A DNA stretch of 64,000 bases from a virus. Lineage: Duplodnaviria > Caudoviricetes. Below the pieces are notes generated by a model that saw only the letters and a program-made list of their open reading frames with translations, was not told the DNA's origin and did no database searches. The position numbers and the translations under genes are program-made. The stretch is from IMG/VR virus record IMGVR_UViG_3300021387_000147; one strand, given 5' to 3'. Shown piece by piece: positions 9,351 to 19,689 of this stretch; the first letter of the stretch is position 1; every line of letters begins with the position of its first letter.

Positions 9351-12314
9351 ATGTTTGGATATAAACAATGTGTATATGATAATTTCAAGAAAATTATCTA
9401 TTTGAAAGAACAGGATGACGATCGATACCACAAATATCCTTATGATCAATACTGTTATATTCAGTCAAATGAACCAACAGATTTAAAGGATATTCATGGA
9501 AATTACATGAAGAAATTGACTTATTCTGATAAGTCAGTCATCCAAAATTTAAAGAATTCTGGCATTATTGTTGCTGAAAGTGATTTCAAACCTGAAGTCA
9601 AATTCATGCATGACCGTTATGACAAAGTAGAATTAAAGCCAGATATTACAAAATGGAATATATGTCTATTCGATATTGAAGTGGCATCAGGATCACAATT
9701 CTATGATGACCACATTATCAAAATCAGAAATAAGACTACCAAGAACGTCTCAGATATTAAATTATATGACTTCGATGTAAACTATCCTACCGATAATTTT
9801 GAAGTCTGGGATGAACGTGAGAGCGCCTGGAAGAAGTATAAGGACTCATGTTATGTTGAATATGATTTCCCTGCTTCTGATAAAGCATTATGGCCAATCA
9901 ACTGTATTTCTTGTTATTCTACAAAAGACAAGAAGATGTATACATTTACTACACTTGAAAATGAACCTAATGCTGATGATGACCCAGAAACAAGACCATT
10001 TATTGAATTTGTTTGTGAAAACGAATTAATAATGATGAAGAAATTCTTGCAATGGTTCAATAAACAAAAATTTGATATTATTTCAGGATGGAACTCAGAA
10101 GCATACGATATTCCTTATATTATCAATAGATGTCACAGATTACGTGCATTGTGGGATGTTGCTACTGAATTCGAAAGAGCTTTGTCTCCATTGGCAAAGA
10201 TGCCAAATGAAAAGAAAATCTTTGATAGAAAACTACCTGATGTTGACCTTGGTTCAACATGGGAAATTCCAGGTCTATATTCATTGGATTACATGGAATT
10301 GTATAAGATGTTCGCTGACCATCCACCTATGTCTTCATTTGCATTGAATTATGTTTGCAATATGGAATTAGGACAAGGTAAGTTGGAATATGAAGGTAAA
10401 ATCAACGAAACTTATAAGAAGAAGAAAAAGCGTTTCAAACACTATAACCGAGATGACGTTTGGTTGTTAGTAGATTTGGAAGGTAAGAAGAAGATTTTCC
10501 CATTGATTATTGAATATGCTTATGATACCTTAGTTAATTTGGATAAGATTTTCATGAAGGTACCAACTTCTGAAGGTTATATCATGAAGTATCTTCATAA
10601 TGAAGGTAGAGTATTCAATGATAGAGAAACACACCATGAAGACTGGTGGAGAAAAGAAAAATGTTATGAAACACATCTAAAGGATGGTTCATTATATTAT
10701 CAGAACACTGAATATGAAAATGAATGTGAAATGGCAAAGTTCAGAAAAGCACGTTTGTCAAATCCAGATGTTCATCCATTCGAAGAATTCCACGTAAAGG
10801 CAGGTTATTGTTATGACTATCCAGGACGTTATGACTGGTGTATGTCATTCGATATTACGTCTTCATATCCTCACCATATTATGCAGTTCAACATTTCACC
10901 AGAAGTAGTTGTTAAGCATCCTAAGAAAGAAGATGTAGAAAGTGGTAAGGTAATTTTGACTGATGTTGCTGAAGTAGGTTTCTTGAGAACTGATGATGCA
11001 ATCATTCCATCAATTGCAAAGAAGGTATTCGCTGAACGTAAGGAATATAAGCGTTTGAAGGCAGAAGCTGCAGCAAGAGGTGATAATGATGCTAAGATGA
11101 GATACCACAATATTCAGTTGAATAAGAAGAACATCATTAACTCTTTGTATGGTGTATGTTTGACTGACTCATTCCACTTGTATAATATTGAATGTGCAAG
11201 AGCAATTTGTAGATGTGCACGTGTCACATTGAGAGATTGGTTGAAGAAGTATCTTGATAGTTATTACGTCTCATACGAAATAATCAAAGATATTGAAAAG
11301 TATTGGGGCATTAAGCTAAAGAATCAAGAAAAGTTCACATTCACAAATAGAGAAGCATGTGTAGTTCACTGTGATACTGACTCATGTTATTTCTGTATTG
11401 CTGAATTGCATGATAGATTGGTAGAAGAAGGAATTAAGATTGAAACTGAAGATGAAGTAAGAGAATTCTTTAGACACGCAGAAGATATGTTTACTGATTT
11501 CTTTGTTAAGGTTCTAGAATATAGAGCAAAGACTTCTAAGACTACAAACAAAATCAAGTTCAATCGTGAAAACATTTTCTCTAACATGTTCTGCTTCGCA
11601 AAGAAATTGTATATTGGAAATATCATTGATAGTGAAGGTGATTTATATCCATTGAAGCCTGTTGAAGGATTTGAATCTATGACAGATGAAGAAAAGGAAA
11701 AGCTACCAGAACATTGGCGTAAGCATCCTGAAGGTCCAAAACACAAGATCATGGGTGTTCCTATTAAACGTTCAGATATGCCTGATTTCTGTAAGGTAGC
11801 CGCTGAAAAGTTGGCATTCGATATTGCAGCAGGTATGAGTTATACTGATGCTCAGGAAATTGTTGAACAGACGTTCCAACAGTATAAGGCAGCAGGTATT
11901 GATGTAGTTTCAAGTAAGAAGAGTATTACGAACTATAAGAAGTATATTCCAAAGCCAATTGAATGGTATACAAAGCATGGATTGATTTTCGATAAAGGAA
12001 TGATTTTCCAGGCTAAGGTAAGTTTGGCATATAACTATTTGATTGCAAAGAATAAATTGAAGTTAGTGCCAATAAATAATAACACCAAGTTCAATTACAT
12101 GTATGTAAAGCCAAATGATTATAACATTGAAGCTATTGCATTTATTGGTAGTTGGCCTGATGAACTAGCAAAAATACTTGAAGTTGACTATGAAACGATG
12201 TTTAGAAAATCCTTCGTACCAATTATTGAAAAGATGTTCCAAATCAGTAAATGGATTGGTGAAAAGGACTCTATCAGAATTGAAAAGTCAGGAATGTTTA
12301 ACTTTTTTGAATAA
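9351..12314 (+). CDS. gp43: Family B DNA polymerase (T4 gp43-like)
   Basis: FDIEV (ExoI), GWNSEAYDIPY (ExoII), YNRDDV (ExoIII), DITSSYP, KNIINSLYG, CDTDS, KKLY. Confidence 0.95.
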   Translation: MFGYKQCVYDNFKKIIYLKEQDDDRYHKYPYDQYCYIQSNEPTDLKDIHGNYMKKLTYSDKSVIQNLKNSGIIVAESDFKPEVKFMHDRYDKVELKPDITKWNICLFDIEVASGSQFYDDHIIKIRNKTTKNVSDIKLYDFDVNYPTDNFEVWDERESAWKKYKDSCYVEYDFPASDKALWPINCISCYSTKDKKMYTFTTLENEPNADDDPETRPFIEFVCENELIMMKKFLQWFNKQKFDIISGWNSEAYDIPYIINRCHRLRALWDVATEFERALSPLAKMPNEKKIFDRKLPDVDLGSTWEIPGLYSLDYMELYKMFADHPPMSSFALNYVCNMELGQGKLEYEGKINETYKKKKKRFKHYNRDDVWLLVDLEGKKKIFPLIIEYAYDTLVNLDKIFMKVPTSEGYIMKYLHNEGRVFNDRETHHEDWWRKEKCYETHLKDGSLYYQNTEYENECEMAKFRKARLSNPDVHPFEEFHVKAGYCYDYPGRYDWCMSFDITSSYPHHIMQFNISPEVVVKHPKKEDVESGKVILTDVAEVGFLRTDDAIIPSIAKKVFAERKEYKRLKAEAAARGDNDAKMRYHNIQLNKKNIINSLYGVCLTDSFHLYNIECARAICRCARVTLRDWLKKYLDSYYVSYEIIKDIEKYWGIKLKNQEKFTFTNREACVVHCDTDSCYFCIAELHDRLVEEGIKIETEDEVREFFRHAEDMFTDFFVKVLEYRAKTSKTTNKIKFNRENIFSNMFCFAKKLYIGNIIDSEGDLYPLKPVEGFESMTDEEKEKLPEHWRKHPEGPKHKIMGVPIKRSDMPDFCKVAAEKLAFDIAAGMSYTDAQEIVEQTFQQYKAAGIDVVSSKKSITNYKKYIPKPIEWYTKHGLIFDKGMIFQAKVSLAYNYLIAKNKLKLVPINNNTKFNYMYVKPNDYNIEAIAFIGSWPDELAKILEVDYETMFRKSFVPIIEKMFQISKWIGEKDSIRIEKSGMFNFFE

Positions 12315-12323
12315 GGAGAAACT

Positions 12324-12614
12324 ATGGAAAAATGTCCAATTTGCGGAAAGGAAAGTAAGAATAAGGCAGGTTTGAGTCTACACATGAAGAACATGCATAA
12401 GGATCAAACATTAAATGAAAACAAAGCTGCAGAAAAACTTATTCAGCCAGAATTAGTCACTGAAAATAAGGAAATTAAAGCAGAAGTCCAGAAGAAAGAG
12501 GATGAATTTGTATCAGTTAATGAGTCTGTCGACACTGATTTCGTTTCAGTAAAGAAGAATCCATATCGTGATTTATACCCTGGAGAAGGTGAAGTTATCA
12601 ACGAATGGTGCTAA
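12324..12614 (+). CDS. C2H2 zinc-finger protein
   Basis: CPIC-x12-H-x4-H at the N-terminus. Confidence 0.65.
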   Translation: MEKCPICGKESKNKAGLSLHMKNMHKDQTLNENKAAEKLIQPELVTENKEIKAEVQKKEDEFVSVNESVDTDFVSVKKNPYRDLYPGEGEVINEWC

Positions 12615-12630
12615 AAATGTAGAAACTTTT

Positions 12631-12671
12631 ATATGCACGGTTGTTTACGACCGTGCATATTTTTGTATATT
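12631..12671 (+). promoter_or_regulatory. Terminator hairpin with GTTTAC -35 in its loop plus TATATT -10
   Basis: ATATGCACGGT/ACCGTGCATAT stem; -10 at 12666-12671. Confidence 0.7.
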
Positions 12672-12718
12672 TGTATTATTAAACAATGATGTTTAAGATA
12701 TAAAGAGGTAAAAAGAAT

Positions 12719-14020
12719 ATGGCTAATTTTAGTTTTAAAGATAATATCAACAAAATCGGAAAATCTGGATTGAAGGATTTAATTGCAACAGAATTGGATG
12801 AAGTATCATTCCTATCAACTAACGTAGTTGTAATGAACCTTGTATTCAGTGGAAAGATTATGGGTGGTATTAAGAAAGGAACTATCAATACCATTTGTGC
12901 TCCTTCAGCAGAAGGTAAGTCATTGATTGGCTTGAACTGTTTGAAATCTGCTCAGAAGGCGGGAATGGACTGTGTAGTCGTTGACTCTGAAAGAGCATTC
13001 CCATTCGCTGTAGCTAAGGCACTTGGAATTGATATGTCCAAAATTCCAGTCTATCAGGCAGTAAACATTGGTGATATTAAGCGTATTTACGCAATGATTA
13101 ATGAAGGTGCAAAGGCAAAGGAACGTAAGAACATCTTCGTATTGTTTGACTCTTGGGGACCACTAGTATTCACAGGTTTAATGGATAAGGCAGAAAAGGG
13201 TTCAGATACAGCAGATATGGGTAGAACTGCAGGATTTAAGAATGAACTTGCAAATATCATTAACGCTTATGGTAATACAACATTCTGTGTTAACCACGTT
13301 TATGATTCACTACAAATGTATGGTGAAAAGTTCTGTATTCCAGGTGGTCGTCGTTTGTTCTTCTTGTCTGATGGTATTGGTCTAGCTTTGTCAGAAGCAC
13401 AATGGAAGAGCCCAGAAGATGACTCTTACATGGGTAAGTTGGTCACAATGGGTGTTAAGAAGGGACGTAGTGCTCGTGAACGTGGAAGAGTTCAGTTTGC
13501 AATTCGTGCTGACGGTGCTTTGGACCCATTCTATGGATTGTTTGATGACGCTATTGATAGTGGTGTATTGAAGAAAGTAGCACCAGGTAAGTATGTTCGT
13601 GATTTCGCAATCATTGACAAGAAAACTGGTGAAGATAAATCTGATATAGATATTGATACACATGAACCAAAGAGAACATGGCGTGAAGCAGATATGTATT
13701 GTGATCCAAAGTTGGAAGCAATATTCTGGATTCCTATTTTCCAGAATCCTGACTTCGTTAAATATGTTGAAACAAAGTATACATACGAAGCAGATGATAT
13801 GTTGTCAGCTAAGTACGATATTGTAGATATGATCAATGGTGATCAGGATCTTCCAACAGAAGAAGATTTGTATGAAGAAGTCGAAGATACTCGTCCTGAA
13901 GATTCAAAGGAAGCTGTTACTTTGGAAGATATTGGTATTACTTCAGAAGAAGCAATTAAGCCAGTTACTGAAGAAACAGCTGAAAAGGCAACAAAGAAAG
14001 GTAAAAAGAAGGCTAAGTAA
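12719..14020 (+). CDS. uvsX: UvsX/RecA-like recombinase
   Basis: APSAEGKS P-loop, VDSE, FDSWG, NHVY, PGG. Confidence 0.9.
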   Translation: MANFSFKDNINKIGKSGLKDLIATELDEVSFLSTNVVVMNLVFSGKIMGGIKKGTINTICAPSAEGKSLIGLNCLKSAQKAGMDCVVVDSERAFPFAVAKALGIDMSKIPVYQAVNIGDIKRIYAMINEGAKAKERKNIFVLFDSWGPLVFTGLMDKAEKGSDTADMGRTAGFKNELANIINAYGNTTFCVNHVYDSLQMYGEKFCIPGGRRLFFLSDGIGLALSEAQWKSPEDDSYMGKLVTMGVKKGRSARERGRVQFAIRADGALDPFYGLFDDAIDSGVLKKVAPGKYVRDFAIIDKKTGEDKSDIDIDTHEPKRTWREADMYCDPKLEAIFWIPIFQNPDFVKYVETKYTYEADDMLSAKYDIVDMINGDQDLPTEEDLYEEVEDTRPEDSKEAVTLEDIGITSEEAIKPVTEETAEKATKKGKKKAK

Positions 14021-15387
14021 TGAAAGAATTCGATTTCGAAAAGGTTATAATTAAGGCATTACTCACTAATGATAAGGTAAAAACAAAAGTTTTACCTTTC
14101 CTTAAAGAAGAATGGTTTGGCTTCAATATTGATGCAAAGGATATTGTTCGTAAGATAATTTCCTATAATTCAAAGTATTCTGAAATGCCTAATCCTCTTG
14201 AAATTGAAAGAATGATTAGTAATGATTCAACATTGAAAACATTTAAGGATATTCTAAGTATTCCTAATGAAAATGTTGAAACACCATATATTATCGAAGA
14301 AATTGAGGAATTCGTTAGAAGAAAACTGATATACAATGTTTCTGAAAAGATGCATGAATATTGTAGAGGTGAAAATCAAGAAGACAATTTCGCTGATGAA
14401 GTAGCAGAAGCACAAGCATTCTCATTCAACACTGATATTGGTTTCTCTTTCTTCGAAGACCCTCAAATTTTATTCGAAGATATTATTGCAAATGAAAAAG
14501 TCTATTCAACAGGTTTAAAGTCTATCGATGACTTAATCGGTGGTGGACTTCATGAAAAATCTTTGAACATGATTATGGCACCAACTAACGTTGGTAAGAC
14601 TTTAACTCTATGTTCAATTGCTACGAATTTGATTATCAATGGTCACACAGTTTTGTATGTCACCTTCGAAGATAGTGAAAAGAAGATTGGTCAGCGTATT
14701 GCTCAGAATTTGTATGACGTTACTCAGACTCAATTGAAGTCATTATCAAGAAATTCTTATGGTTCAATCTATAAGAAAGCATTGGCAAAATGTGGTCACA
14801 ATAAGTTAATTATTAAGGAATATGAAGAAGGTACTTTGAATGCAATTGGTTTGAAGGCACTTCTAAAAGAACTAGAAGAAAAGAAAAACTTTATTCCTGA
14901 AGTATTGATTATTGACTATATTGGTTGTATGATTCCTAATGGAAAGGTATCTATCAATACAAATGATAACACTATCTTGAAACTTGTTTCAGGTCAGGTA
15001 AGAAGCATTGGTATGATTAAGGGAATTCCTATTGTAAGTGCTATGCAGACTAACCGTGGTGGTTATCAGAGTGCTGATTTAGGATTGGATGATGCAGCAG
15101 ACTCATTTGGTCAGACTATGAAGGCAGATGCAATTTTCGGTATTATGCAGTCTCCAGAAATGAAGGAAGCAAATATGTATACAGTAAAATTGTTGAAGAC
15201 CAGATATGGTAATAAGAGAGGAAATGTAGTCACTATTGGTGTTGATGTTGAAAAACAGAGATTATTTGATTTAGTAGGATATAAACCACAAAATACAGGT
15301 AATGGTCAGCAATCAGCTTCTCCATCTGATATAATTGCATCACAAGCAGATGAAGCAATGAGTAATGTGGTAAATGATTTTGAATAA
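14020..15387 (+). CDS. gp41: Replicative DnaB-like helicase (gp41)
   Basis: APTNVGKT, IDYIG, SAMQTNRGG, LKTRYG. Confidence 0.92.
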   Translation: MKEFDFEKVIIKALLTNDKVKTKVLPFLKEEWFGFNIDAKDIVRKIISYNSKYSEMPNPLEIERMISNDSTLKTFKDILSIPNENVETPYIIEEIEEFVRRKLIYNVSEKMHEYCRGENQEDNFADEVAEAQAFSFNTDIGFSFFEDPQILFEDIIANEKVYSTGLKSIDDLIGGGLHEKSLNMIMAPTNVGKTLTLCSIATNLIINGHTVLYVTFEDSEKKIGQRIAQNLYDVTQTQLKSLSRNSYGSIYKKALAKCGHNKLIIKEYEEGTLNAIGLKALLKELEEKKNFIPEVLIIDYIGCMIPNGKVSINTNDNTILKLVSGQVRSIGMIKGIPIVSAMQTNRGGYQSADLGLDDAADSFGQTMKADAIFGIMQSPEMKEANMYTVKLLKTRYGNKRGNVVTIGVDVEKQRLFDLVGYKPQNTGNGQQSASPSDIIASQADEAMSNVVNDFE

Positions 15388-15396
15388 GGTTTTATT

Positions 15397-15804
15397 ATGG
15401 AAGAACAAGTAGAATACAGCAATGATTTACCCAAGTACTCAACAGAATATGATATATCTGTCTTGGAAGAAAATGCGAACAAAAAGAATTTTTACGATTA
15501 CATGAAAAAGAATGGATTGGATTTTGATGATGTAGATGATGTATCTAAATTACCAAAGTTTATTGTAGAGATGTCTAAGAACATTGATACATTCAACCAT
15601 TTTAATAATGTATTGTATACATTGAATAAAGAAAATAAAATAAATATTGTTGATAGCATGATTATTCTTGTCACCGATTATTTGGAACCTAACCAGGTGA
15701 AGAAATTATTGGATGAAATGAATTTTTATCTATTAACAAATGAACTAAAGAAAAGATATAAAATTGGAAAAATTGACACAGGCATGTTTGAGTTTTTTGG
15801 ATGA
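15397..15804 (+). CDS. Putative late-transcription coactivator gp33-like
   Basis: INIVDSMIILV..LEPNQVKKLL resembles the gp33 core; 33-59-32 synteny. Confidence 0.45.
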   Translation: MEEQVEYSNDLPKYSTEYDISVLEENANKKNFYDYMKKNGLDFDDVDDVSKLPKFIVEMSKNIDTFNHFNNVLYTLNKENKINIVDSMIILVTDYLEPNQVKKLLDEMNFYLLTNELKKRYKIGKIDTGMFEFFG

Positions 15805-16403
15805 TAAACAAATACCAAATATATCACTTGTATAAAGTCTTGAGTGGATTGAAGACTGCGAAGAAATTTACAAATAAGGTTTATAAGGATCTTACGACAA
15901 AGTCTGTAAAAGATATTTTGGAGGAAGATTTCTATTATACTCCTAATGTAGATAAATCGGCTAATGTGTTTATAGATTTAGTGAATAGCATAAACAGTGG
16001 ACAGTTTACAGTCAATGATTTTGCAATTTCTATTGTCAATGAGTTCATGATAACAGAGAAATTTCCGACTCTTTTATCATGTGGCAAGGTTGACAATCGA
16101 CAAAAATTTTTTATATTTAAGAAAAGAAAAGAGATAATAGCTCAGAGCGAATATCTGAAACAATTAGTAGAAGATAAAAACAAAGGACTATTTCAATTTT
16201 CAAGCAAGTATACTTTATTTGGCCTTGCGCCAGATCAAACAAATGAAATATACAAATTAATAAGAGATAAAATAGTCACATCGGAGTTTTACATACGCGG
16301 TTATGAAGCTAAAAAATTCATAATTGATGAGAGTAAGATTCAAGACACAGCATATATGAGATTCGTTTGGCTAACGAAAATCGTATTAAATCTAAAGAGG
16401 TAA
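15801..16403 (+). CDS. Putative helicase loader gp59-like
   Basis: Size and position between gp33-like and gp32; weak sequence support. Confidence 0.35.
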   Translation: MINKYQIYHLYKVLSGLKTAKKFTNKVYKDLTTKSVKDILEEDFYYTPNVDKSANVFIDLVNSINSGQFTVNDFAISIVNEFMITEKFPTLLSCGKVDNRQKFFIFKKRKEIIAQSEYLKQLVEDKNKGLFQFSSKYTLFGLAPDQTNEIYKLIRDKIVTSEFYIRGYEAKKFIIDESKIQDTAYMRFVWLTKIVLNLKR

Positions 16404-16409
16404 AAAATT

Positions 16410-17459
16410 ATGCCAGTAAATAAAAGTTTCGATTCAATTTTCAGCGCAGTTCAAAAGTCTTTCCCACAAAAGAAGGATAAAGCAGCAACTAAGAAGTCTT
16501 ATGAAATTGAAGGCCTTCTAAAGCCAACAATGAAGGACGGAAAGTTCAATATTGTATTGCGTTTCTTACCAGGTCATCCTGATGAAGATATGTCTTATGT
16601 AGAAAACAGAACACACATGATGCAGTTGCCTAACGGCGAATGGTTTGGTTGTGACTGTTTGCGTAAGTTTGGTGATGATGAAAAGCATCAGTGCCCAATT
16701 TGTCGTTATAACAATCTTCTATTCAAGAAGTATGGTAAGCCTGGAATTGAAGAATATCGTAAACATGCATTACCAAAATGGCAGCCAAAGTATTATGCCA
16801 ACGTTCTAGTAATCCGTAACCCAAATGCTCCTGAAACTGAAGGTCAAATCTTCAAGTTTGAATTCAAGCGTGCAATCATGAAGTTCATTTCTGAAGCAAT
16901 GAATGACAAGAAGGATGAACTAACTGGTGACGTTACTCCAGGAATTAACCCATTCTCTTGGTATGGTCCAAAGGATGAACAGGTAATCAATAAGGAATGG
17001 AGAGCAGGTGCAAACTTTGTTTGGGAAGGTTATCAGACTTCTAATGGTCCTAATTATGAAAAGTCTCACTGGACTGCACCATCAAGAATTTCTATGTTCA
17101 AGGATGGTAAGTTGCAGGAATTGACAGACGATGAAATTAACGAACTTGAACAGAAGCAGTTCCGTCTATCCGAAATCGAAAAGAAGGAAGAAGATTGTTC
17201 TACTTACGCTCAGATTGTTAAGCGCTATAAGCAGAAGACAGGTAAGTTCTTGTTTGCTGAATTTGGCGAAAAGGATCCAGATGAAAATGCTCCACAAGCA
17301 ATCAATGTTGATGAAGTTGTAAAGGCAGATTTTCCAAAGGCAGAAACCGTAGAGGCAGATGATTCAGAAATGTTTGCATCTAACCCAAAGGATGAACCTG
17401 AAGAAACAGCCGAAGAACTTGACAATGATGATTTCTTTGCAAGACTTTCACAAGGCTAA
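16410..17459 (+). CDS. gp32: Single-stranded DNA-binding protein gp32
   Basis: VLRFLP, CPIC Zn site, YYANVLVI.NP.APETEGQ, GANF, NY.KS, acidic tail DDDFF. Confidence 0.9.
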   Translation: MPVNKSFDSIFSAVQKSFPQKKDKAATKKSYEIEGLLKPTMKDGKFNIVLRFLPGHPDEDMSYVENRTHMMQLPNGEWFGCDCLRKFGDDEKHQCPICRYNNLLFKKYGKPGIEEYRKHALPKWQPKYYANVLVIRNPNAPETEGQIFKFEFKRAIMKFISEAMNDKKDELTGDVTPGINPFSWYGPKDEQVINKEWRAGANFVWEGYQTSNGPNYEKSHWTAPSRISMFKDGKLQELTDDEINELEQKQFRLSEIEKKEEDCSTYAQIVKRYKQKTGKFLFAEFGEKDPDENAPQAINVDEVVKADFPKAETVEADDSEMFASNPKDEPEETAEELDNDDFFARLSQG

Positions 17460-17532
17460 TACATAAGAAAATTTGATTGAAAAATCAGAAAAGGGGTTGC
17501 AAAAGCAACCTCTTTTTGTTATATTTAGACAC

Positions 17533-18405
17533 ATGAATATAACAGATAAAAATCTCAAAGTATTAAATATAACACATTTCGATATGGATGGTGCTTGCTG
17601 CCATATCATTCTAAAAAATTATTATAAAACAGTGACTGCATTGCCAATCACTTATCAGTCAGAAAAAACTTTATTTGCAAAAGCTACTGAAGAAATAAAC
17701 AAGGAACATTATGACCTAATTATTTGCACAGATTTCTATCCAGAAATTGCATATAAAGATTTGACCACATTGAAAGTTCCAATGATTGTTCTTGATCACC
17801 ATGAAAGTGCCAAGAAATTTCATAATGGAAAGACCATCGTCATAAATACGCAGAATAGCGCTTCTAGGCTCGTCTTTGATTTGTATAATAAGTTGAGCGA
17901 TCTAAGTCATTTAGAAGACCTGGTGAACATTGTGGACGATTTTGACATGTATAAGAAGAAAGATGTAAGGTCACCAGAGTTCAATAAGATTTTCTGGGAA
18001 ATGAATTTCAAATGGTTTGTCAGACGTTTCATTAATGGAAATACAAAGCTGTCAGAAGAAGAAATTCTATTCTTGAAGGAATCTATGAAGGCTGTTGATA
18101 AAATCTATAATAACATTGAAATCACTACATTACCACATAAGGGTGTTTTCTTTATCTTAGATTATTATCAGTATGAAATAACAGAACGTCTAAAGAAAGA
18201 TGGTTATAAATGGTTTATTATTTTGAATAAGAACAATCTTTCAATTCGTTCTAATGATGTAGATTTGTTGCCAATTATAAATAAGGTTGGCCGGGGTGGA
18301 GGTCACAAAAATGCAGTAGGTATTGCATTGAATTGGCAAGAAGACCCTAAATTCTTAGTAAATAAAATAATTAAATCATTCAATGAAATTTATCCAGCTT
18401 ATTAA
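17533..18405 (+). CDS. DHH-family phosphoesterase; start corrected to 17533
   Basis: THFDMDG, CTD, LDHH, GGGHKNAVG. Confidence 0.85.
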   Translation: MNITDKNLKVLNITHFDMDGACCHIILKNYYKTVTALPITYQSEKTLFAKATEEINKEHYDLIICTDFYPEIAYKDLTTLKVPMIVLDHHESAKKFHNGKTIVINTQNSASRLVFDLYNKLSDLSHLEDLVNIVDDFDMYKKKDVRSPEFNKIFWEMNFKWFVRRFINGNTKLSEEEILFLKESMKAVDKIYNNIEITTLPHKGVFFILDYYQYEITERLKKDGYKWFIILNKNNLSIRSNDVDLLPIINKVGRGGGHKNAVGIALNWQEDPKFLVNKIIKSFNEIYPAY

Positions 18406-19237
18406 ATCACAATTTGATAATAAAATGAAACAAGTAGAAGTCAATAGAGACGTTCTACTTCATTTAAAAAAGAGTATAGAACATCCATTGTTAGTTGAAG
18501 ATAAAAACTATATTCCACAATGGAAGTTTTGCTCTGTTATCGGTGATAAAAGATGTAATGAGAACATGGATAAAACAGATATTCTAATGTTAGATTACGA
18601 TGATAGTAATATGACAATAGATGAATTCAAGAATAGATTTAGAGAATATAAGTTTATTCTACATACAAGTTATTCTTATGATGGTGTAAAACAAAAGTTC
18701 AGAGTATTATTGTTCTTAGATAAAGAATATGTTATCGATAGAATGTTTTATAAATGTTCTGAAAGAGTTTATAGTCCATATCATTACTTGATGGATAGAT
18801 TTGATTATATTGATCCAGCATCATTTGTCAAATCACAATTCTTTAAGGTACCAGCAATTAAAACAAAAGATAGTCCTTATTATTGTTATTTCAATATGGG
18901 AAAATGTTTTAATTTGTTTGATATTGAAGGATATAAGATTGCTTATGATGAATGTTATATTAAACAAGAAGAATATCTAAGAAAGTTAGAAAAAGAATAC
19001 GAGAGATTTAGAAAGAAAAATCAAGGTGATTTGACTAAAGCTAAAGAATACGTTGAAAAGAAAATTGACTCAACACCAGAAGGTCAGAGACACAATTGTA
19101 TTTTTGGTTTAGCCGCATGGTGGAAACATATTGGTGGATCTTATTCAGAATTTGCAAGCATTATTCCTGGATGGGCAGATAAACAATATCATAAGCAAAT
19201 CACACGTTTAGCAACAGAATGGGCAAGGATTAGATAA
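18383..19237 (+). CDS. AEP (Prim-Pol/VirE-N-like) primase with C-terminal PriCT-like helical domain
   Basis: LMLDYDD, HTSYS, KFRVLL, D.A motif; EGQRHNCIF. Confidence 0.65.
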   Translation: MKFIQLIKSQFDNKMKQVEVNRDVLLHLKKSIEHPLLVEDKNYIPQWKFCSVIGDKRCNENMDKTDILMLDYDDSNMTIDEFKNRFREYKFILHTSYSYDGVKQKFRVLLFLDKEYVIDRMFYKCSERVYSPYHYLMDRFDYIDPASFVKSQFFKVPAIKTKDSPYYCYFNMGKCFNLFDIEGYKIAYDECYIKQEEYLRKLEKEYERFRKKNQGDLTKAKEYVEKKIDSTPEGQRHNCIFGLAAWWKHIGGSYSEFASIIPGWADKQYHKQITRLATEWARIR

Positions 19238-19689
19238 TGGATAAGTACGATAAAATGACAAATGAAACTTTAAATAAAGCATACGCTGATTTTCTTGAAG
19301 GTTTAAAGAAAGAAGCTGATAAGAAAAAGTCTTATGATTATGATTTAACTGTATCTGATAAAACATCTATGGACAAAGAATATGTAATTCCAATGGATTT
19401 AGGTACATATAAGCTAGGAACATCATCACAACGTTATTATGGCGATTATATTGATGCTAAAACAATGATTAATGGTTATGAAATAAAACCTGAATTGATG
19501 GATAAAATCAAGTCATTTGATGATTTTAATGTATTCTTAGAAAATTGTAAAAATAATGTAATTGAAGAAACTAATAGACAAAAAACTGCATCTGTCTTAT
19601 CAAGAACAATTGCAACTAATTATGATGAAAAAGAAATAAAATTATTAGTTGAGTACTTACAAGAAATGTTAAAAAAAGAGAGCAATTAG
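19237..19689 (+). CDS. Hypothetical protein
   Basis: ORF, coupled start. Confidence 0.55.
   Translation: MDKYDKMTNETLNKAYADFLEGLKKEADKKKSYDYDLTVSDKTSMDKEYVIPMDLGTYKLGTSSQRYYGDYIDAKTMINGYEIKPELMDKIKSFDDFNVFLENCKNNVIEETNRQKTASVLSRTIATNYDEKEIKLLVEYLQEMLKKESN

Noticed and set aside
9351-12314. Functional intein or intron in PolB
   Set aside because: The ORF is continuous; the insert lacks an N-terminal Cys and a C-terminal His-Asn, so it is reported only as a relic.
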